Origin: Candidatus Omnitrophota bacterium
GTDB lineage: Bacteria > Omnitrophota > Omnitrophia > Omnitrophales > Aquincolibacteriaceae
NCBI GenBank assembly: GCA_903884815.1
Contig: CAISGE010000032.1
Span: 5,978-69,977, forward strand
DNA: 64,000 nt
Reading direction: 5' to 3'
In this document: in pieces, positions 62,969 to 64,000 of the stretch
Position numbering within the stretch: position 1 is the first letter of the stretch
Layout: every line of letters starts with the position of its first letter
The notes under the pieces: model-generated
Told to the model about the DNA's origin: nothing
The model's input: only the letters and a program-made list of their open reading frames with translations
Database searches by the model: none
Position numbers and translations under genes: made by a program

Positions 62969-63901
62969 TTATTTCTTGATGAGGTAATTCCGGACGTAGT
63001 CGAGGATGCCTTTGCGCGTGGTGTATTCGCAACGAAAGCCGGTCATTTGCTCATGATGGCTCATGTCCGCCTGTGTGAAGTTCTGGTAGAAGGCCGTGTA
63101 GGGATTGTCGAAGTAATCGGGCTTCAGGTTCGTCCCGAGGGCTTCATTCAGGGCATCGACGATCTCGTTGAAGGCCGTGGGCTGGCCTGTTCCGAGGTTC
63201 ATCACGGTGGAGATCTTGGCTTTATGGGCCATGAGGATGGCGGTGACGACATCTTTGACGTAAATGTGATCGCGCTTCTGCTCGCCCCACTTGAAGATGC
63301 GGGGGCGGTGCCCTTCCATCATCTTGAGCGCGAGCTGATAGATCATGCTAGAGGCATGGCCTTTGAAGTTTTCCCGGGGGCCGAAGACGTTGAAAAAGCG
63401 TAGTCCCACGACCTTGATCTTGTCGTAATAGGAGGGTGCGAGCTGGTCCATGATCCACTTGGAGTACCCGTAGATGTTGTTTGGCTGACCCGCGTCCGAT
63501 TCCTTGATCGGTCGGTCGATCGAGCCATAGGTCGCGGCAGAAGAGGCGTAGACCACGGTGGCTTTCTTGTCCACGGCCAGGTCGAGGACATTTCGGAATC
63601 CTTCGACGTTATCGTACATCATCTTTTGCTCGTCGAGGATCGTGGTATCGGTGATGGCGGCCATGTGATAAATGATGTCAAGCTTCTTGCCTCCGGCCCA
63701 GTTCATCCAGGCCTTGTCGGCGCAGTCGTAAGCTAGGACGTCGCCTTTGAATCCGAGGATATTCTTGAAACAGGAGCTGCGGAAGTCTTCCAGGATCGTG
63801 ATCCTGGCCTCGGGAAGGCGGGATTGGAGTTCGAGGGCGATATTCGAGCCGATAAAGCCGGCGCCGCCGGTAACAAGGATATTTTTCATAAGAGGTATCA
63901 T
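62969..63901 (-). CDS. hldD: ADP-L-glycero-D-manno-heptose 6-epimerase
   Basis: ILVTGGAGFIGSN, YASSAATYG, FNVFGPRE, GEQKRD and FTQAD motifs collinear with HldD/RfaD; 310 aa. Confidence 0.78.
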   Translation of the reverse strand: MIPLMKNILVTGGAGFIGSNIALELQSRLPEARITILEDFRSSCFKNILGFKGDVLAYDCADKAWMNWAGGKKLDIIYHMAAITDTTILDEQKMMYDNVEGFRNVLDLAVDKKATVVYASSAATYGSIDRPIKESDAGQPNNIYGYSKWIMDQLAPSYYDKIKVVGLRFFNVFGPRENFKGHASSMIYQLALKMMEGHRPRIFKWGEQKRDHIYVKDVVTAILMAHKAKISTVMNLGTGQPTAFNEIVDALNEALGTNLKPDYFDNPYTAFYQNFTQADMSHHEQMTGFRCEYTTRKGILDYVRNYLIKK

Positions 63902-64000
63902 AGCCAGATTTGACGAAAGTTCAAACCTTAAATGCCACAGGGTCCAACAAAGGGGGGGAGTGCCGTATTGTTCTTCGACAGGGGAATGGGAATTTTTTAG

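Overview
This is a 64 kb high-GC (about 57%) bacterial chromosomal segment. There is strong strand bias, with 49 of 54 called genes on the + strand, and no rRNA, tRNA, CRISPR, transposase or integrase is detectable. From the left, the window holds an arginine biosynthesis run (argB-argD-argF-argG-argH), lysA, three CDP-3,6-dideoxyhexose pathway genes (rfbF, rfbG, rfbH), homospermidine synthase plus a eukaryotic-type ornithine/lysine decarboxylase, and dapF-dapA-dapB. Next come two consecutive large predicted outer-membrane proteins (one of 1609 aa), uvrA, a short FtsH-like protease, rubrerythrin, class II fructose-bisphosphate aldolase, a Met-Gly-repeat metal-binding-like protein, an epimerase, an NAD(P)H quinone reductase-like protein, a large protein with an HPr-kinase-like C-terminal P-loop domain, and a GH57 glucan enzyme. 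The right half carries an electron-transfer-flavoprotein cluster: a long acyl-CoA dehydrogenase, two ETF-QO paralogs, a split etfB/etfA pair and a fused EtfB-EtfA. It ends with thiD, a ThrH-like HAD phosphatase, HIT, CBS and YkgJ proteins, two paralogous REC-pseudoREC response regulators, a sensor kinase, pilT, an AI-2E transporter and hldD. The most notable non-coding signal is a roughly 130 nt multi-hairpin element present in two copies (upstream of rubrerythrin and of ETF-QO #2) with compensatory base changes in two of its stems; its first hairpin recurs alone upstream of the GH57 gene. A family of GNACGG-heptad hairpin repeats (REP-like) also occupies many intra-operon junctions. Several ORF-track N-termini are artefacts that run across terminators or these RNA elements; internal starts with Shine-Dalgarno support are preferred. 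Product assignments rest on motif recognition from the translated sequences only; no database search was run.
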